The position numbers and the translations under genes were made by a program. Positions 42,506-53,405 of a DNA stretch of 64,000 nucleotides are shown here, piece after piece (position 1 is the first letter of the stretch; each line of letters opens with the position of its first letter). This DNA is from Nitrospira sp. Its GTDB lineage: Bacteria > Nitrospirota > Nitrospiria > Nitrospirales > Nitrospiraceae. The notes beneath the pieces were generated by a model, which saw nothing but the letters and a program-made list of their open reading frames with translations, ran no database searches and had not been told where the DNA came from. The DNA is taken from positions 10,488 to 74,487 of the forward strand of contig JAOUHD010000001.1 of NCBI GenBank assembly GCA_029865345.1. The letters run 5' to 3'.

Positions 42506-42838
42506 ATGGTGGAAGTAGTCCGAAAAAGCAAAATTCGAAAAGGGGATACGGTTGTCGTGGTCTCTGGTCGTGAGCGAGGCAAGACGGGGAAAGTTCTGTC
42601 TGTTGATCTGCAAGCCGGGAAGGTGGTTGTCGAGAAGTTAAATATCATCAAGCGACACACAAAACCCAATCAGAAGGCAAAGCAGGGAGGTATTCTCGAG
42701 CGAGAGGCACCTCTGCAGATTTCCAATGTCATGTTTTTCTGTCCGGTCACACAGAAGGCTACGCGGATCGGGATTCGGGTTTTAGAAGATGGGCGACGAG
42801 TGCGCTTCAGTAAGAAATCAAACGAGGCTGTGGAATAG
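42506..42838 (+). CDS. rplX: 50S ribosomal protein L24
   Basis: KOW '[22 protein letters not shown]', EAPLQISNV. Confidence 0.98.
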   Translation: MVEVVRKSKIRKGDTVVVVSGRERGKTGKVLSVDLQAGKVVVEKLNIIKRHTKPNQKAKQGGILEREAPLQISNVMFFCPVTQKATRIGIRVLEDGRRVRFSKKSNEAVE

Positions 42839-42846
42839 GCTACGTG

Positions 42847-43497
42847 ATGACTAAGGAACCTAAAAATAAATCTAATAAACCGTCCGAGCGTAAATCATCA
42901 AAAAAAGAATCGGTCACGCCCGCGCCATTGGACCAAGGTGGCGAGGAGTCCAAGTTTCGACCACGTCTTCGTGATATATATGACCAGAAGGTGGTCCCCG
43001 CACTCATGAAGGAGTTTGGATATAAAAACGTGATGCAGGTTCCACGGCTTGAGCGTGTGGTGTTGAACGTGGGAATGGGTGAGGCGATTCAGAATGTGAA
43101 ACTCTTGGAAGGTGCGGTAGCTGAGCTGGGGATGATCACCGGTCAAAAGCCGGTCGTCACTCGAGCTAAGAAAGCCATCGCCGGGTTCAAGCTTCGGCAG
43201 GGGTTGCCCATCGGAACTAAAGTGACGCTTCGTAGCCGGCGGATGTATGAGTTTTTTGATCGCCTGGTTACGTTAGCACTTCCTCGTATCCGAGACTTCC
43301 GTGGCGTTTCTCCAAAGGCTTTTGATGGTCGAGGGAATTACACCCTTGGTGTAAAAGAGCAACTCATTTTCCCTGAAATTAAGTACGATGAAGTTGCCTC
43401 GATTCATGGGATGGATATTACGGTTGTCACTACGGCCAGGACGAATGACGAGGGGAAGGCGCTTCTGAAGCACCTGGGTATGCCGTTCCGTACGTGA
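42847..43497 (+). CDS. rplE: 50S ribosomal protein L5 with Lys/Ser-rich N-terminal extension
   Basis: Core begins near 'PRLRDIY'; [37 protein letters not shown]. Alternative start GTG 42844. Confidence 0.97.
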   Translation: MTKEPKNKSNKPSERKSSKKESVTPAPLDQGGEESKFRPRLRDIYDQKVVPALMKEFGYKNVMQVPRLERVVLNVGMGEAIQNVKLLEGAVAELGMITGQKPVVTRAKKAIAGFKLRQGLPIGTKVTLRSRRMYEFFDRLVTLALPRIRDFRGVSPKAFDGRGNYTLGVKEQLIFPEIKYDEVASIHGMDITVVTTARTNDEGKALLKHLGMPFRT

Positions 43498-43542
43498 GCA
43501 CGACGTGGGTCAATGGTGTTTGTTTGAACGGAAGGAGTGCGT

Positions 43543-43728
43543 GTGTCGAGATTAGCGCTGAGAAATAAGGCAGCAACGCAGCAGAAGTTCTCCACGCGTA
43601 ACTACCATCGGTGTGGAGTTTGTGGTCGAGTTCACGGATATCTCCGTCGGTTTCAAATGTGCCGCATTTGCTTTCGACTGATGTCTCTGCGCGGAGAGAT
43701 TCCTGGCGTGCGAAAATCTAGCTGGTAA
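43543..43728 (+). CDS. rpsN: 30S ribosomal protein S14 type Z (Zn-binding, 61 aa)
   Basis: RCGVCGR...[11 protein letters not shown]...[11 protein letters not shown]; GTG at 43543 behind AAGGAG. Confidence 0.97.
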   Translation: MSRLALRNKAATQQKFSTRNYHRCGVCGRVHGYLRRFQMCRICFRLMSLRGEIPGVRKSSW

Positions 43729-43777
43729 CGGGTGTTCTCACACCGGTGAATGCCAATGGAGGATAGAAAGATATAGC

Positions 43778-44173
43778 ATGGTTACCGATCCAATCGGCGA
43801 TCTTCTGGTTCGCTTAAAGAATGGCGCTCAGCGTCGTCATGAGACTGTCACAGTTCCAACTTCAAAGTTGAAGCGTGCTATTTTGACGATTTTGATGAGA
43901 GAAGGTTATGTTGACGCCATTGAGGATGGAGCTCATGAGGGGCATCCAATTCTTACCGTACGTCTTCGATATGTCGGTGAGGGGCAGCCTATGATCACCG
44001 GGCTGGAGCGCGTCAGTAAGCCAGGACGACGGGTGTATATTGGTAGTCAGGAAATTAAGAAAGTTCGCAATGGGATTGGCGTGTCCATCCTTTCTACGTC
44101 CAGGGGAATCATGACTGACCAGGAGTCCCGTAAGAATCGTCTTGGGGGTGAGCTTCTCTGTTCCGTATGGTAG
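43778..44173 (+). CDS. rpsH: 30S ribosomal protein S8
   Basis: TDPIGDLL.R..N, RVSKPGRRVY, ILSTSRGIMTD, GGELLCSVW. Confidence 0.99.
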   Translation: MVTDPIGDLLVRLKNGAQRRHETVTVPTSKLKRAILTILMREGYVDAIEDGAHEGHPILTVRLRYVGEGQPMITGLERVSKPGRRVYIGSQEIKKVRNGIGVSILSTSRGIMTDQESRKNRLGGELLCSVW

Positions 44174-44216
44174 TCGGATGAGTTATTTCGATCTCGATCG
44201 AGGGGTGTAATAAACA

Positions 44217-44753
44217 ATGTCCCGCATTGGAAAAAAACCGATCGTAATTCCGGGTGGAGTGGAAGTTAAAGTTGCTGGATCAACTGTGTCAGTTAAGGGT
44301 CCACTAGGCAAACTGGATTGGTCCCTCGAGCAGGGAGTCGACGTTGCCGTTAGCAATGGCCAACTCATTGTCGGCCGTTCGAGTGACGATCGTAAGCTGA
44401 GAGCCTTGCATGGGCTGACTCGTGCCGAATTGAGTAATATGGTTCAGGGTGTAACAAAAGGATACGAACGCTCGCTTGAGATTACTGGAGTAGGCTACAA
44501 GACTCAAGTTCAGGGGCGGACACTTAGCTTCAGCGTGGGGTATATCAATCCAGTGATCTATGATGTGCCAACGGGCATCGATGTCAAAGTGGACAAGCAG
44601 ACGCTCATTAACGTCAAAGGAGTTGATAAGCGGTTAGTAGGGCAAGTGGCAGCTGATCTTAGAGCTATTAAGCCACCTGATGTCTATAAGCAAAAGGGTA
44701 TTCGCTACGCGGGCGAGACATTGCGTAAAAAAGAAGGCAAGACGGGGAAATAG
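44217..44753 (+). CDS. rplF: 50S ribosomal protein L6
   Basis: MSRIGKKPI, VKGPLG.L, LEITGVGY, PDVYKQKGIRY. Confidence 0.99.
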   Translation: MSRIGKKPIVIPGGVEVKVAGSTVSVKGPLGKLDWSLEQGVDVAVSNGQLIVGRSSDDRKLRALHGLTRAELSNMVQGVTKGYERSLEITGVGYKTQVQGRTLSFSVGYINPVIYDVPTGIDVKVDKQTLINVKGVDKRLVGQVAADLRAIKPPDVYKQKGIRYAGETLRKKEGKTGK

Positions 44754-44762
44754 GAACTAGCC

Positions 44763-45128
44763 ATGAATGCTGCAGACAAAGTTCGACAACTTAATCAACG
44801 ACGCCGTCGAGTGAGACGTGTGATTATGGGAACGACCGGCCGTCCACGTCTGAATGTATTTCGAAGTGCGGCCCATATTTATGCCCAGATTATTGATGAT
44901 ATTCAAGGTGCAACTCTGGCGGCTGCCTCATCGCTCGATAAGTCGCTACGCAAGTCCATGAAATCGACTGGTGGCATTGAGGCGGCTAAGGCGGTGGGAA
45001 AATTGATCGCTGATCGGGCCAAGGCTGCCAAGGTAACTACCGTAGTTTTTGATCGAGGGGGGCGGATGTATCACGGCAGAATTAAGGCACTTGCAGATGC
45101 ATCGCGTGAAGGGGGCTTGCAATTTTAG
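44763..45128 (+). CDS. rplR: 50S ribosomal protein L18
   Basis: [43 protein letters not shown]. Confidence 0.99.
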   Translation: MNAADKVRQLNQRRRRVRRVIMGTTGRPRLNVFRSAAHIYAQIIDDIQGATLAAASSLDKSLRKSMKSTGGIEAAKAVGKLIADRAKAAKVTTVVFDRGGRMYHGRIKALADASREGGLQF

Positions 45129-45212
45129 GCTGAGGCGGGATGCGAGGCGAGCAAGAAAAGCGTGTGATTTCCTGGCGAACTGTTTCTGAACTTAGGACTG
45201 AGGGGTAAGAGC

Positions 45213-45722
45213 GTGCGAGTCAATCCCGATGAATTAAGCCTAAAAGATAAAGTTGTATTTATCAATCGTGTGGCAAAAGTTGTGAAAGGCGGAAAACGTT
45301 TCAACTTTTGTGCACTCGTTGTTGTCGGCGACGGTCATGGGTGGATAGGGATCGGCAAGGGAAAAGCTGCTGAAGTCCCGGTTGCGATTTCAAAGGCTGT
45401 CGAACAAGCCAAGAAACACCTTGTTCATGTTTCACTGAAGGGCGCAACTATTCCCCATGAGGTGCATGGTTTGTTTGGTGGAGAGCATGTGCTGCTGAAG
45501 CCGGCCGTCGACGGTACTGGAATCATCGCCGGGGGGGCGGTTCGTGCTGTGGTGGAGCTGGTCGGTGCGCATAATGTCATCGCAAAAACATTGGGCCGTG
45601 GAAACCCATTCAATACTGTTCGTGCCACACTCGACGGGCTCACTCAATTGCGCAATTTGGACGATGTTCTTCGCTTCCGTCGACAAGTACTTCCTGATGG
45701 TCGAGAAAGGGCTGCGGTGTAA
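45213..45722 (+). CDS. rpsE: 30S ribosomal protein S5
   Basis: [37 protein letters not shown]. Confidence 0.99.
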   Translation: MRVNPDELSLKDKVVFINRVAKVVKGGKRFNFCALVVVGDGHGWIGIGKGKAAEVPVAISKAVEQAKKHLVHVSLKGATIPHEVHGLFGGEHVLLKPAVDGTGIIAGGAVRAVVELVGAHNVIAKTLGRGNPFNTVRATLDGLTQLRNLDDVLRFRRQVLPDGRERAAV

Positions 45723-45940
45723 TGAGCTCATCCAAGACGCCTAAAACTTCAGAGCATGCTGCTCAAAGCGTGCGCGTGACGTTACGACGAAGTCCCATTG
45801 GGACACCTGAGCGGCATCGCCTTGTATTGCGTGGCCTCGGTCTTCGACATATTCGACAGACAGTTGTCCATCCAGACACGGCTCAGGTGCGAGGACTAAT
45901 TCAAAAAGTAGGCTACCTGCTTGAGGTTGGAAAGCCATGA
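45722..45940 (+). CDS. rpmD: 50S ribosomal protein L30
   Basis: VTLRRSPIG...R.VLRGLGLRHIRQTV...DT.QVRGLI.KV; synteny. Confidence 0.95.
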   Translation: MSSSKTPKTSEHAAQSVRVTLRRSPIGTPERHRLVLRGLGLRHIRQTVVHPDTAQVRGLIQKVGYLLEVGKP

Positions 45941-46386
45941 AACTTCATGATTTAGCTCCAGCAAAAGGAGCAAAGAAGCGAAGGAAGCGTATAGGACGTG
46001 GACCTGGGTCTGGTCACGGGAAGACGGCCACAAAAGGGCATAAGGGACTTCTGGCTCGATCTGGTGGCGGTAAGCGTCCAGGGTTTGAGGGTGGACAGAT
46101 GCCGTTGGTACGGCGGCTACCAAAATTCGGATTTACCAACCCAACCAGGACAGAATATTCAATCGTCAACATTAAGAGTTTTGAACAATGGGTTGGAAAT
46201 GAGACCGTCACTCCGCAAGCCATGGTTGACGCTGGATTAGTGAAGCGAAAAAAACTTCGAATCAAAATTCTTGGCAACGGCGAATTAAAGAAAGCACTCG
46301 TTGTTCAGGCACATAAGTTTAGTAAATCGGCTGAATCGAAAATCCAAGCGGCCGGAGGGCGAGTCGAGGTCATCGGCGGTGCTTGA
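45937..46386 (+). CDS. rplO: 50S ribosomal protein L15
   Basis: RIGRGPGSGHGKTA.KGHKG, GFEGGQMPL.RRLPKFGF. Confidence 0.99.
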   Translation: MKLHDLAPAKGAKKRRKRIGRGPGSGHGKTATKGHKGLLARSGGGKRPGFEGGQMPLVRRLPKFGFTNPTRTEYSIVNIKSFEQWVGNETVTPQAMVDAGLVKRKKLRIKILGNGELKKALVVQAHKFSKSAESKIQAAGGRVEVIGGA

Positions 46387-47698
46387 ACGGCTCCTGACAA
46401 GTTTTCAGAATATCTTTAAGATCCCCGAGCTGCGTACTCGTGTTCTTTTTACGCTTGGAATGCTCGTGGTGTACCGAATCGGGTCTCATATCCCGACTCC
46501 TGGTATCAACGGCGAAGCCCTTTCCGAGTTTTTGCAGAAACAGGGGGGGGCCTTGCTTGGGTTCCTCGATATTTTTTCAGGTGGGTCCCTGTCCCGCCTG
46601 ACGATCTTTGCGCTGGGCATCATGCCATACATCAGCGCATCGATCATCCTTCAGTTATTGACGGTCGTCGTCCCTCATTTGACCAAATTAGCCAAGGAGG
46701 GGGAGCGTGGCCGCAAGAAAATTATTCAGTATACCCGGTTCGGGACGATCGGTATCGCTCTGATTCAGGGGTTTGGGATTGCGGTTGGGTTAGAACAAAT
46801 GAATCAGGGCGCATTCGTGCTGCACGCTGGATGGGGATTCCGTCTGATGACGGTCATTACACTGACGGCTGGCACGGGTTTCTTGATGTGGCTCGGTGAA
46901 CAGATCACCGAGCGAGGAATAGGCAATGGCATCTCGTTAATCATTTTTGCTGGTATTGTAGCCAGGCTTCCTGCGGCCGTGGCGCAGACCTATAATTTAT
47001 ATGAAATCGGCCAGCTTAATGCCTTTTTATTGATTGCCTTGGCACTCTTGATGATCTGTGTTGTCGCCGCGATTGTTTTTCTGGAAAGTGGGCGGCGAAA
47101 AATTTCCGTGCAATATGCAAAGAGGGTGATTGGGAGACGGGTCTATGGAGGGCAGAGCACGCACATCCCTTTGAAAATTAATACGGCAGGTGTCATTCCT
47201 CCTATATTTGCCTCCTCAATCATTGCGTTTCCTGCAACAATTGCCGGATTTTTCGAAACACCATGGGTGAAATCTATCGGTGATCAGCTGGCTCCTGGCT
47301 CGCTGCTGTACACATTGATGTATGTGGGCTTAATTCTCTTTTTCTGTTTCTTCTACACAGCGGTCGTTCTGAACCCCGTTGATATGGCCGACAACATGAA
47401 AAAGTACGGAGGGTTTATTCCTGGCATTCGACCTGGGCAACGAACTTCAGACTATATCTACAATGTCTTAACCAAGATTACATTTGCTGGTGCTATCTAT
47501 TTGGCCATTGTCTGCGTGATTCCTGAATTGTTGATTTACAAGCTGAATGTTCCATTTTATTTTGGTGGCACCTCCCTGTTGATCGTTATTGGCGTGGGGC
47601 TGGATACGGCCCAGCAAATTGAATCCCATATGTTGATGCGGAATTATGACGGGTTCTTGGGTAAGGGGATGGCACCGTTGCGTGGGAGAAACGGCTAA
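46379..47698 (+). CDS. secY: Preprotein translocase subunit SecY
   Basis: GTG 46379; IFALGIMPYISASII.QLL, GIGNGISLIIF, AGVIPPIFA, PGIRPG, FGGTSLLI. Confidence 0.99.
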   Translation: MLERLLTSFQNIFKIPELRTRVLFTLGMLVVYRIGSHIPTPGINGEALSEFLQKQGGALLGFLDIFSGGSLSRLTIFALGIMPYISASIILQLLTVVVPHLTKLAKEGERGRKKIIQYTRFGTIGIALIQGFGIAVGLEQMNQGAFVLHAGWGFRLMTVITLTAGTGFLMWLGEQITERGIGNGISLIIFAGIVARLPAAVAQTYNLYEIGQLNAFLLIALALLMICVVAAIVFLESGRRKISVQYAKRVIGRRVYGGQSTHIPLKINTAGVIPPIFASSIIAFPATIAGFFETPWVKSIGDQLAPGSLLYTLMYVGLILFFCFFYTAVVLNPVDMADNMKKYGGFIPGIRPGQRTSDYIYNVLTKITFAGAIYLAIVCVIPELLIYKLNVPFYFGGTSLLIVIGVGLDTAQQIESHMLMRNYDGFLGKGMAPLRGRNG

Positions 47699-47702
47699 CA
47701 TC

Positions 47703-48359
47703 ATGCGGCTTGTATTTCTCGGTGCTCCGGGTGTTGGGAAAGGCACACAGGCAGATAAGGCCTCGGTTCACTATCATATACGAAAGATTTCGACTGGGGA
47801 TTTGCTTCGAGAGGCGGTTCGGGTCCAGTCAACTCTGGGCTGTGAAGCGAAAGAACATATGGATCAGGGAAGATTGGTCCCAGATTCGGTTGTGATAGGG
47901 CTGGTGCAGGAGAGATTGGCAGATCCCGCATGTGAAAATGGTTTTATTCTCGATGGGTTTCCACGGACAGTTCCTCAGGCAGACGCGCTTGGGAAGGTGC
48001 TCGATGAACGGAGTCTGCCGCTGGACCGAGTGATTAACTTTAGGGTTTCTCGAGAAGAAGTTGTGAAGCGCCTGAGTGGGCGTCGGAGCTGTCCAAAGTG
48101 TCAGGCGACCTATCACCTCGAGTTTGCCCCATCAAAGAACGGTGGCCTCTGTGAGCGCTGCGGAGAAGCGTTGATTCAGCGAAGTGATGATCAGCGGGAA
48201 GCGATTGAGATGCGCCTCCGTGTGTACGAAGAGCAGACAGCGCCGTTAATAGACTTTTATGAGAAGCGGCATGTGTTGTCGCATCTTAACGGTGCCGAGG
48301 CGGTTGACACGGTATACCACAACCTCGTGAAAGTACTCGCGACACCTCAGACCGCATGA
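47703..48359 (+). CDS. adk: Adenylate kinase (Zn-lid form)
   Basis: LGAPGVGKGTQA, STGDLLR, GFILDGFPRT, lid CPKC...CERC. Confidence 0.98.
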   Translation: MRLVFLGAPGVGKGTQADKASVHYHIRKISTGDLLREAVRVQSTLGCEAKEHMDQGRLVPDSVVIGLVQERLADPACENGFILDGFPRTVPQADALGKVLDERSLPLDRVINFRVSREEVVKRLSGRRSCPKCQATYHLEFAPSKNGGLCERCGEALIQRSDDQREAIEMRLRVYEEQTAPLIDFYEKRHVLSHLNGAEAVDTVYHNLVKVLATPQTA

Positions 48360-49114
48360 TCATTCTGAAAACGCCCGCCGAGATCGCGGTGATGGCAGAG
48401 GCGTCAAGGGTGGTGGCCGAGGCGCTAGCGATTGTAAGGAAAGCGGTCTGTTTCGGTATCAGCACGGAAGAGCTGGACCGCATTGCCGAGGAGGCAATAC
48501 GGGTGAGGGGGGCAATTCCGGCGTTCAAAGGCTACCGGAACTTTCCCAAAACCCTCTGTGCATCTGTGAACGAGCAGGTCGTTCACGGTATCCCTTCGAA
48601 GAGAAAGCTCAAGGATGGGGATATCATCGGACTTGATCTTGGTGCTATTGTGGGTGGATTCTATGGGGACTCTGCGGTCACCGTCGCGGTTGGTCGGGTT
48701 CCGGAGGCGACGGCAAGGTTGGTTCAGGTGACGGAAGAGGCACTCTATCTTGGGATTAAACAGGCGGTGGTCGGCAACCGTCTGACGGACATCTCGAATG
48801 CTGTGCAGCAACATGTTGAGTCTGCCGGTTTCTCTGTGGTGACCGAGTTTGTGGGGCATGGGATTGGTCGGCAGCTGCATGAAGAGCCTCAAGTTCCCAA
48901 CTATGGGAAGCCTGGTCAGGGGCCTCGATTGCAACCAGGTATGGTCCTGGCGATTGAACCAATGGTGAATATAGGTCGGAGTGCCGTTCGTGTTCTTGAG
49001 GATAGGTGGACCGCAGTCACGGTGGATGGAAGCCTCTCTGCCCACTTTGAACATACGATCGCCATTCAACCCAGTGGGCCGCCTCGCGTTTTAAGTCAAT
49101 TAGAGAAGACCTAG
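48356..49114 (+). CDS. map: Type I methionine aminopeptidase
   Basis: SVNEQVVHGIP, GFYGDSA, GHGIGRQLHEEP, AIEPMV, SAHFEHT. Confidence 0.98.
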   Translation: MIILKTPAEIAVMAEASRVVAEALAIVRKAVCFGISTEELDRIAEEAIRVRGAIPAFKGYRNFPKTLCASVNEQVVHGIPSKRKLKDGDIIGLDLGAIVGGFYGDSAVTVAVGRVPEATARLVQVTEEALYLGIKQAVVGNRLTDISNAVQQHVESAGFSVVTEFVGHGIGRQLHEEPQVPNYGKPGQGPRLQPGMVLAIEPMVNIGRSAVRVLEDRWTAVTVDGSLSAHFEHTIAIQPSGPPRVLSQLEKT

Positions 49115-49145
49115 TTAGGTTACACAGGAAAGAATATAGAAGGAC

Positions 49146-49364
49146 GTGGCAAAAGAAGATATTATTGAAGTCCAGGGCTCGGTAACAGAAACGCTTCCTA
49201 ACGCCATGTTTCGGGTTAAACTGGATAATGGCCATGGCATACTGGCTCACATCTCAGGGAAAATGCGGATGCATTTTATCCGCATCCTTCCCGGCGATAA
49301 GGTCACGGTGGAAATGTCACCATACGATTTGACCAGGGGCCGAATTACCTATCGCTTTAAGTAA
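49146..49364 (+). CDS. infA: Translation initiation factor IF-1
   Basis: [37 protein letters not shown]...IRILPGDKV. Confidence 0.99.
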   Translation: MAKEDIIEVQGSVTETLPNAMFRVKLDNGHGILAHISGKMRMHFIRILPGDKVTVEMSPYDLTRGRITYRFK

Positions 49365-49382
49365 CGGGAGTGGCGAATTGTT

Positions 49383-49496
49383 ATGAAGGTCAAATCATCA
49401 GTGAAGCCCATATGTGCCAAATGCAAGGTTGTGCGTCGTTGTGGAGTGGTGCGGATTTTATGTACAAATCCACGTCATAAGCAGCGGCAGGGATAG
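49383..49496 (+). CDS. rpmJ: 50S ribosomal protein L36 (37 aa)
   Basis: Too short for the ORF track; hand translation [37 protein letters not shown]. Confidence 0.97.
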   Translation: MKVKSSVKPICAKCKVVRRCGVVRILCTNPRHKQRQG

Positions 49497-49612
49497 TAGT
49501 AGAGAGAATGGGGAGTTTCGAACTGTCAGTGTTAGGCGCAGGGCTCGTATGGCAGGCTCCAACAGTGCAGTGGTTGAGGCTCTAGTGCTCAGTACTTATA
49601 CCGGGAGGCAGA

Positions 49613-50011
49613 ATGGCACGCATTGCTGGCATCGATTTGCCACGAAATAAACGAACGGATATCGGACTGAGCTACATCTTTGGAATTGGACGTATCTCGG
49701 CTCGGAAGATTCTCAATGAAGCGGGAATTGATGGTGCGGTCAGGATTAATGACCTGAGCGAAGATAAGATCGTCAAGTTACGTGAAATCATTGAGCGTGA
49801 TTACCGGGTTGAAGGAGACCTCCGCAAAGAAGTGTCGCTGAATATCAAGCGGCTGATTGACTCGGGGACCTATCGAGGGTTGCGTCATCGCAAAGGCCTG
49901 CCTGTCCGCGGACAGCGAACCAAGACCAATGCTCGGACACGTAAGGGACGGCGCGCAGGTGTCAGTAGCAAACCGAGATCGACGATGACTAAAGGGGCCT
50001 CAAGCAGTTAG
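49613..50011 (+). CDS. rpsM: 30S ribosomal protein S13
   Basis: [36 protein letters not shown]. Confidence 0.99.
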   Translation: MARIAGIDLPRNKRTDIGLSYIFGIGRISARKILNEAGIDGAVRINDLSEDKIVKLREIIERDYRVEGDLRKEVSLNIKRLIDSGTYRGLRHRKGLPVRGQRTKTNARTRKGRRAGVSSKPRSTMTKGASSS

Positions 50012-50038
50012 TCTGCTGAAACAGCCAGAGGAGTTCGC

Positions 50039-50422
50039 ATGAGCATTAAAAAAGGGAAAAAGAAAGAACGTCGAATTGTTCAGAGTGGCGTGGCCCATGT
50101 CCAGGCGTCATTCAACAATACGATTGTGACGATCACCGACATGAGTGGAAACACGCTGGTTTGGGCAAGTGCCGGAAATCAAGGGTTCAAAGGATCACGG
50201 AAGAGCACCCCCTTTGCTGCTCAGCGTGCTGGAGAGGCTGCAGCGCGAAAAGCTATGGAAAGTGGGATGCGGCAAATCGATGTCTATGTGAATGGGCCAG
50301 GTTCTGGTCGAGAATCAGCGATCCGTTCCCTTCAAGGAGCGGGTTTGCGGATTAATCTAATTCGCGATGTCACACCAATTCCGCATAATGGGTGTCGACC
50401 TCCCAAACGGCGGCGAGTGTGA
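50039..50422 (+). CDS. rpsK: 30S ribosomal protein S11
   Basis: [44 protein letters not shown]. Confidence 0.99.
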   Translation: MSIKKGKKKERRIVQSGVAHVQASFNNTIVTITDMSGNTLVWASAGNQGFKGSRKSTPFAAQRAGEAAARKAMESGMRQIDVYVNGPGSGRESAIRSLQGAGLRINLIRDVTPIPHNGCRPPKRRRV

Positions 50423-50509
50423 TTTTTTCTATGTATGCTCAGAGTTCCTGGGCGAGACCGCAAGGCCTGTTGCTAGTGAGTCAGTAAGTTCTATTGCGAG
50501 GAGGAAGCA

Positions 50510-51136
50510 GTGGCAAAGTATCGTGGTCCAGTCTGTCGGTTGTGTCGGCGAGAAGGGGAGAAGCTTTTTCTCAAGGGCACGCGCTGTATGACGGAAAAGT
50601 GCGCGATCGAACGTAGGAGTTATCCGCCTGGTCAACATGGGCAGGGGCGACAGCGAACCTCTGACTATAGTCTCCAGTTGCGGGAAAAACAGAAACTGCG
50701 TCGTATCTATGGACTTCAGGAATGTCAATTCCGTGGCGTCTTCGAACGCGCTGAACGACAGACCGGTGTCACGGGCGATGCCCTGTTGCGGTTGTTGGAG
50801 TGCCGCCTGGACAATGTTGCGTATCGCTTAGGGTTCGGTGCTTCACGCAAGCAAGCTCGCCAGATGGTCAGTCATGGTCATTTCACGATCAATGGGAAGA
50901 AGATCACGGTGGCTGGGGCGCTGGTAAAGCCTGGAGATGTGATCCAGATTCGTGAACGGAGTCGAGACATGGCCGCATTCCAAGCGGCCTTAGAATCAGT
51001 TGATAGTCGAGGTATTCCTGATTGGCTGGAGCTTGACAAAGGCGCATTTAAAGGAACGGTGCGCACATTGCCAGCCAAGGAACAGATCGCATTGCCAGTC
51101 AATGAACAGATGGTCGTGGAATTGTATTCACGATAG
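50510..51136 (+). CDS. rpsD: 30S ribosomal protein S4
   Basis: YRGPVCRLCRREG.KLFLKG.RC, QLREKQKLR..YG, LECRLDNVAYRLG. Confidence 0.99.
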   Translation: MAKYRGPVCRLCRREGEKLFLKGTRCMTEKCAIERRSYPPGQHGQGRQRTSDYSLQLREKQKLRRIYGLQECQFRGVFERAERQTGVTGDALLRLLECRLDNVAYRLGFGASRKQARQMVSHGHFTINGKKITVAGALVKPGDVIQIRERSRDMAAFQAALESVDSRGIPDWLELDKGAFKGTVRTLPAKEQIALPVNEQMVVELYSR

Positions 51137-51217
51137 TCCGCCGGTCTGCGGTGCGGTCTTTGGACATCGGCGCTATTCGCCAATGTCTTAGTCACTCGAT
51201 GGTATGGAGGGTGGGTC

Positions 51218-52216
51218 ATGATTAAAGCGATGAAAGACTTTCAGATCCCAATGCGGGTGGAAGTCGATAAGGATGCACATTCTCCCACATTTGGACGGTT
51301 CACTACGGAAGCATTTGAGCGGGGGTTTGGTACTACGATCGGGAATGCCCTCCGTCGCATTTTGCTGTCCTCGCTCACGGGAGCTGCGGTGACCACCGTG
51401 AAGATTGAAGGGGTCGTGCACGAGTTTTCGACGATTGCAGGTGTGACGGAAGATGTTACGGCAATTATTCTGAATATTAAAAGCTTGCGGCTGGCGCTCC
51501 ACACGGATAAACCAAAGACGATACGATTGAAAAAGAAGGGGCCTGGAGAAGCAAAGGGGGCAGATATTCTTCACGATGGCGATGTGACAATTCTGACGCC
51601 AGATTTGCATATTGCCACCCTGGACAAGGATGCGACTCTGGATATTGAGATGACTGTGAAACATGGCCGTGGTTATATGCCGGCTGAACGTAATAAGGAA
51701 GAGGGATTGCCGATCGGAGTGATTGCCATCGATTCCATCTTCTCTCCCATCAGGCGAGTCAATTTCCATGTTGAGAATGCACGGGTTGGTCGTATGACTG
51801 ACTATGACAAACTAACGGTTGAGATTTGGACCGACGGTACCATCAGCCCGCGTGATGCCCTATCTACAGGGGCTGGGATTTTGCGAGAACATCTGGATAT
51901 TTTCATCAATCCGGAAGAGCGAAGCGAAGGAAAGAGCGAAGCGGGATACGAGGAATCTCATCGGGAAGTAAACAAGAATCTATCTCGTGGCGTGAATGAG
52001 CTGGAGTTGTCCGTCCGCGCGGCCAATTGCCTGAAGAACGCGAATATTAAAACGATCGCTGATCTCGTCCAAAAGTCTGAAGGAGAGATGCTCAGGACAA
52101 AGAACTTTGGGAAAAAGTCTCTCAACGAGATTAAGGAAATTCTTTCTGAGATGGGGCTTTCGTTAGGAACAAAAGTTGAGGCTTCCCCATACAATGGAAG
52201 TCCGAAATCTGAATGA
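51218..52216 (+). CDS. rpoA: RNA polymerase alpha subunit
   Basis: [56 protein letters not shown]. Confidence 0.99.
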   Translation: MIKAMKDFQIPMRVEVDKDAHSPTFGRFTTEAFERGFGTTIGNALRRILLSSLTGAAVTTVKIEGVVHEFSTIAGVTEDVTAIILNIKSLRLALHTDKPKTIRLKKKGPGEAKGADILHDGDVTILTPDLHIATLDKDATLDIEMTVKHGRGYMPAERNKEEGLPIGVIAIDSIFSPIRRVNFHVENARVGRMTDYDKLTVEIWTDGTISPRDALSTGAGILREHLDIFINPEERSEGKSEAGYEESHREVNKNLSRGVNELELSVRAANCLKNANIKTIADLVQKSEGEMLRTKNFGKKSLNEIKEILSEMGLSLGTKVEASPYNGSPKSE

Positions 52217-52240
52217 TGCTTTCCAATCAAGAGGACTATC

Positions 52241-52672
52241 GTGCGACATAGAAAAAAGGGACGACAACTTGGACGGCAGACGAAACATCGATGGGCGTTG
52301 TTTCGGAACTTGGTGACCTCACTGTTAGACCACGAGCGTATCGAGACCACGGGAGCTAAGGCTAAGGAGATACGAGGATTTACCGACCGCATGATCACTC
52401 TTGGCAAGGAAGGTACGCTCCCTGCGCGGCGCCGAGCATTAGCCTTTATCCGTAGCAAGGACGTTGTGTCTAAGCTGTTTAGCGATGTGGCGACACGATT
52501 CAAAGATCGGCCAGGAGGATACACCAGGATCATCAAAACTCGTCGCCGCATTGGCGACGCCGCTGAAATGGTGGCCATCGAATTGGTTTCTCGTCAGGAA
52601 TTAGCCACCAAGAAAAAATCCAAAGATGGTACTGCCTCGCCTGCATCCACTGATGCTGCACCTTCAGCATAG
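52241..52672 (+). CDS. rplQ: 50S ribosomal protein L17
   Basis: [12 protein letters not shown]...[26 protein letters not shown]...R.GDAA. Confidence 0.99.
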   Translation: MRHRKKGRQLGRQTKHRWALFRNLVTSLLDHERIETTGAKAKEIRGFTDRMITLGKEGTLPARRRALAFIRSKDVVSKLFSDVATRFKDRPGGYTRIIKTRRRIGDAAEMVAIELVSRQELATKKKSKDGTASPASTDAAPSA

Positions 52673-52703
52673 TTTTTAACCAGAGCATTTAGCTGTCCGT
52701 CTG

Positions 52704-52742
52704 AAGACTCCCATGTGACAACACATGGGAGTCTTTTTGTTT
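52704..52742 (+). terminator. Rho-independent terminator ending the ribosomal supercluster
   Basis: Perfect 14-bp stem AAGACTCCCATGTG-ACAA-CACATGGGAGTCTT followed by TTTGTTT. Confidence 0.9.
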
Positions 52743-52760
52743 CCACTTCCCTGGAGGACG

Positions 52761-52789
52761 TTTACTTGGCAGATTATGCATGCTACGAT
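52761..52789 (+). promoter_or_regulatory. Putative sigma70 promoter TTTACT-N17-TACGAT (extended -10 TGn) for lptCAB-rpoN
   Basis: -35 at 52761-52766, TG at 52781-52782, -10 at 52784-52789; directly after the terminator. Confidence 0.55.
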
Positions 52790-52835
52790 CGTGCCAGTTA
52801 TCGGTATGAATCTATCTCGTGGAAATTCTTAGAGC

Positions 52836-53405
52836 ATGTGGGAACTTATAGCAAGACGGGCCCTTCTCACCTTGAGTGTGTTGTTAGCGACATTTCTCGG
52901 CTATCTTCTCTTCAGAAATGCCGACTCAGCTCAGAATAGCCGTCCCCTCACCCCAGAGTCGATTGAACAAGCAGATGCCAAGATCTTGGAGTTTATCTTT
53001 ACCCAATCGAAAGGGAATGTAGTCCAGTGGCAGGTGCAGGCGAAACAGGCTCGACTATTTGAGCAAGATAAGCGTGCCGTGCTGCGTGACGTCGCCCTCA
53101 CCTTCTACGGTGCTGGAGGAGATGAGGTGACCGTACATGGGGAAGAGGGTACGTTGGATACAGCGACCAAGAATTTCAAGTTGGCAAATCGCCAAACGCC
53201 CATTGTTGTGGAAACGAGGAGCGGGTATACGATTTATACCAACCACTTGGTCTGGACGGACGAGGCACGAGAAATTCGGACCGAGGATCCTGTCCGCATG
53301 GTGGGGCATGGATTAGAGGTGAGGGGGCATGGGCTGATTGGGCGAATGGAATCCGAAGAATTTGAGGTGTTGCAGGATGTGCATGTGGATCTGGCTTCTT
53401 CTTAG
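52836..53405 (+). CDS. lptC: LPS export ABC transporter periplasmic protein LptC
   Basis: Single N-terminal TM, then beta-jellyroll-like 'WQVQAKQA...EG.LD...YT..L.W...I.T..PV...G..L.G.G'; lptC-lptA-lptB order. Confidence 0.85.
   Translation: MWELIARRALLTLSVLLATFLGYLLFRNADSAQNSRPLTPESIEQADAKILEFIFTQSKGNVVQWQVQAKQARLFEQDKRAVLRDVALTFYGAGGDEVTVHGEEGTLDTATKNFKLANRQTPIVVETRSGYTIYTNHLVWTDEAREIRTEDPVRMVGHGLEVRGHGLIGRMESEEFEVLQDVHVDLASS

Noticed and set aside
52766-52783. TGGCAG...TGC as a sigma54 promoter for lptC
   Set aside because: GG-GC spacing is 8 or 12 nt, not the required 10; a sigma70 reading fits better.
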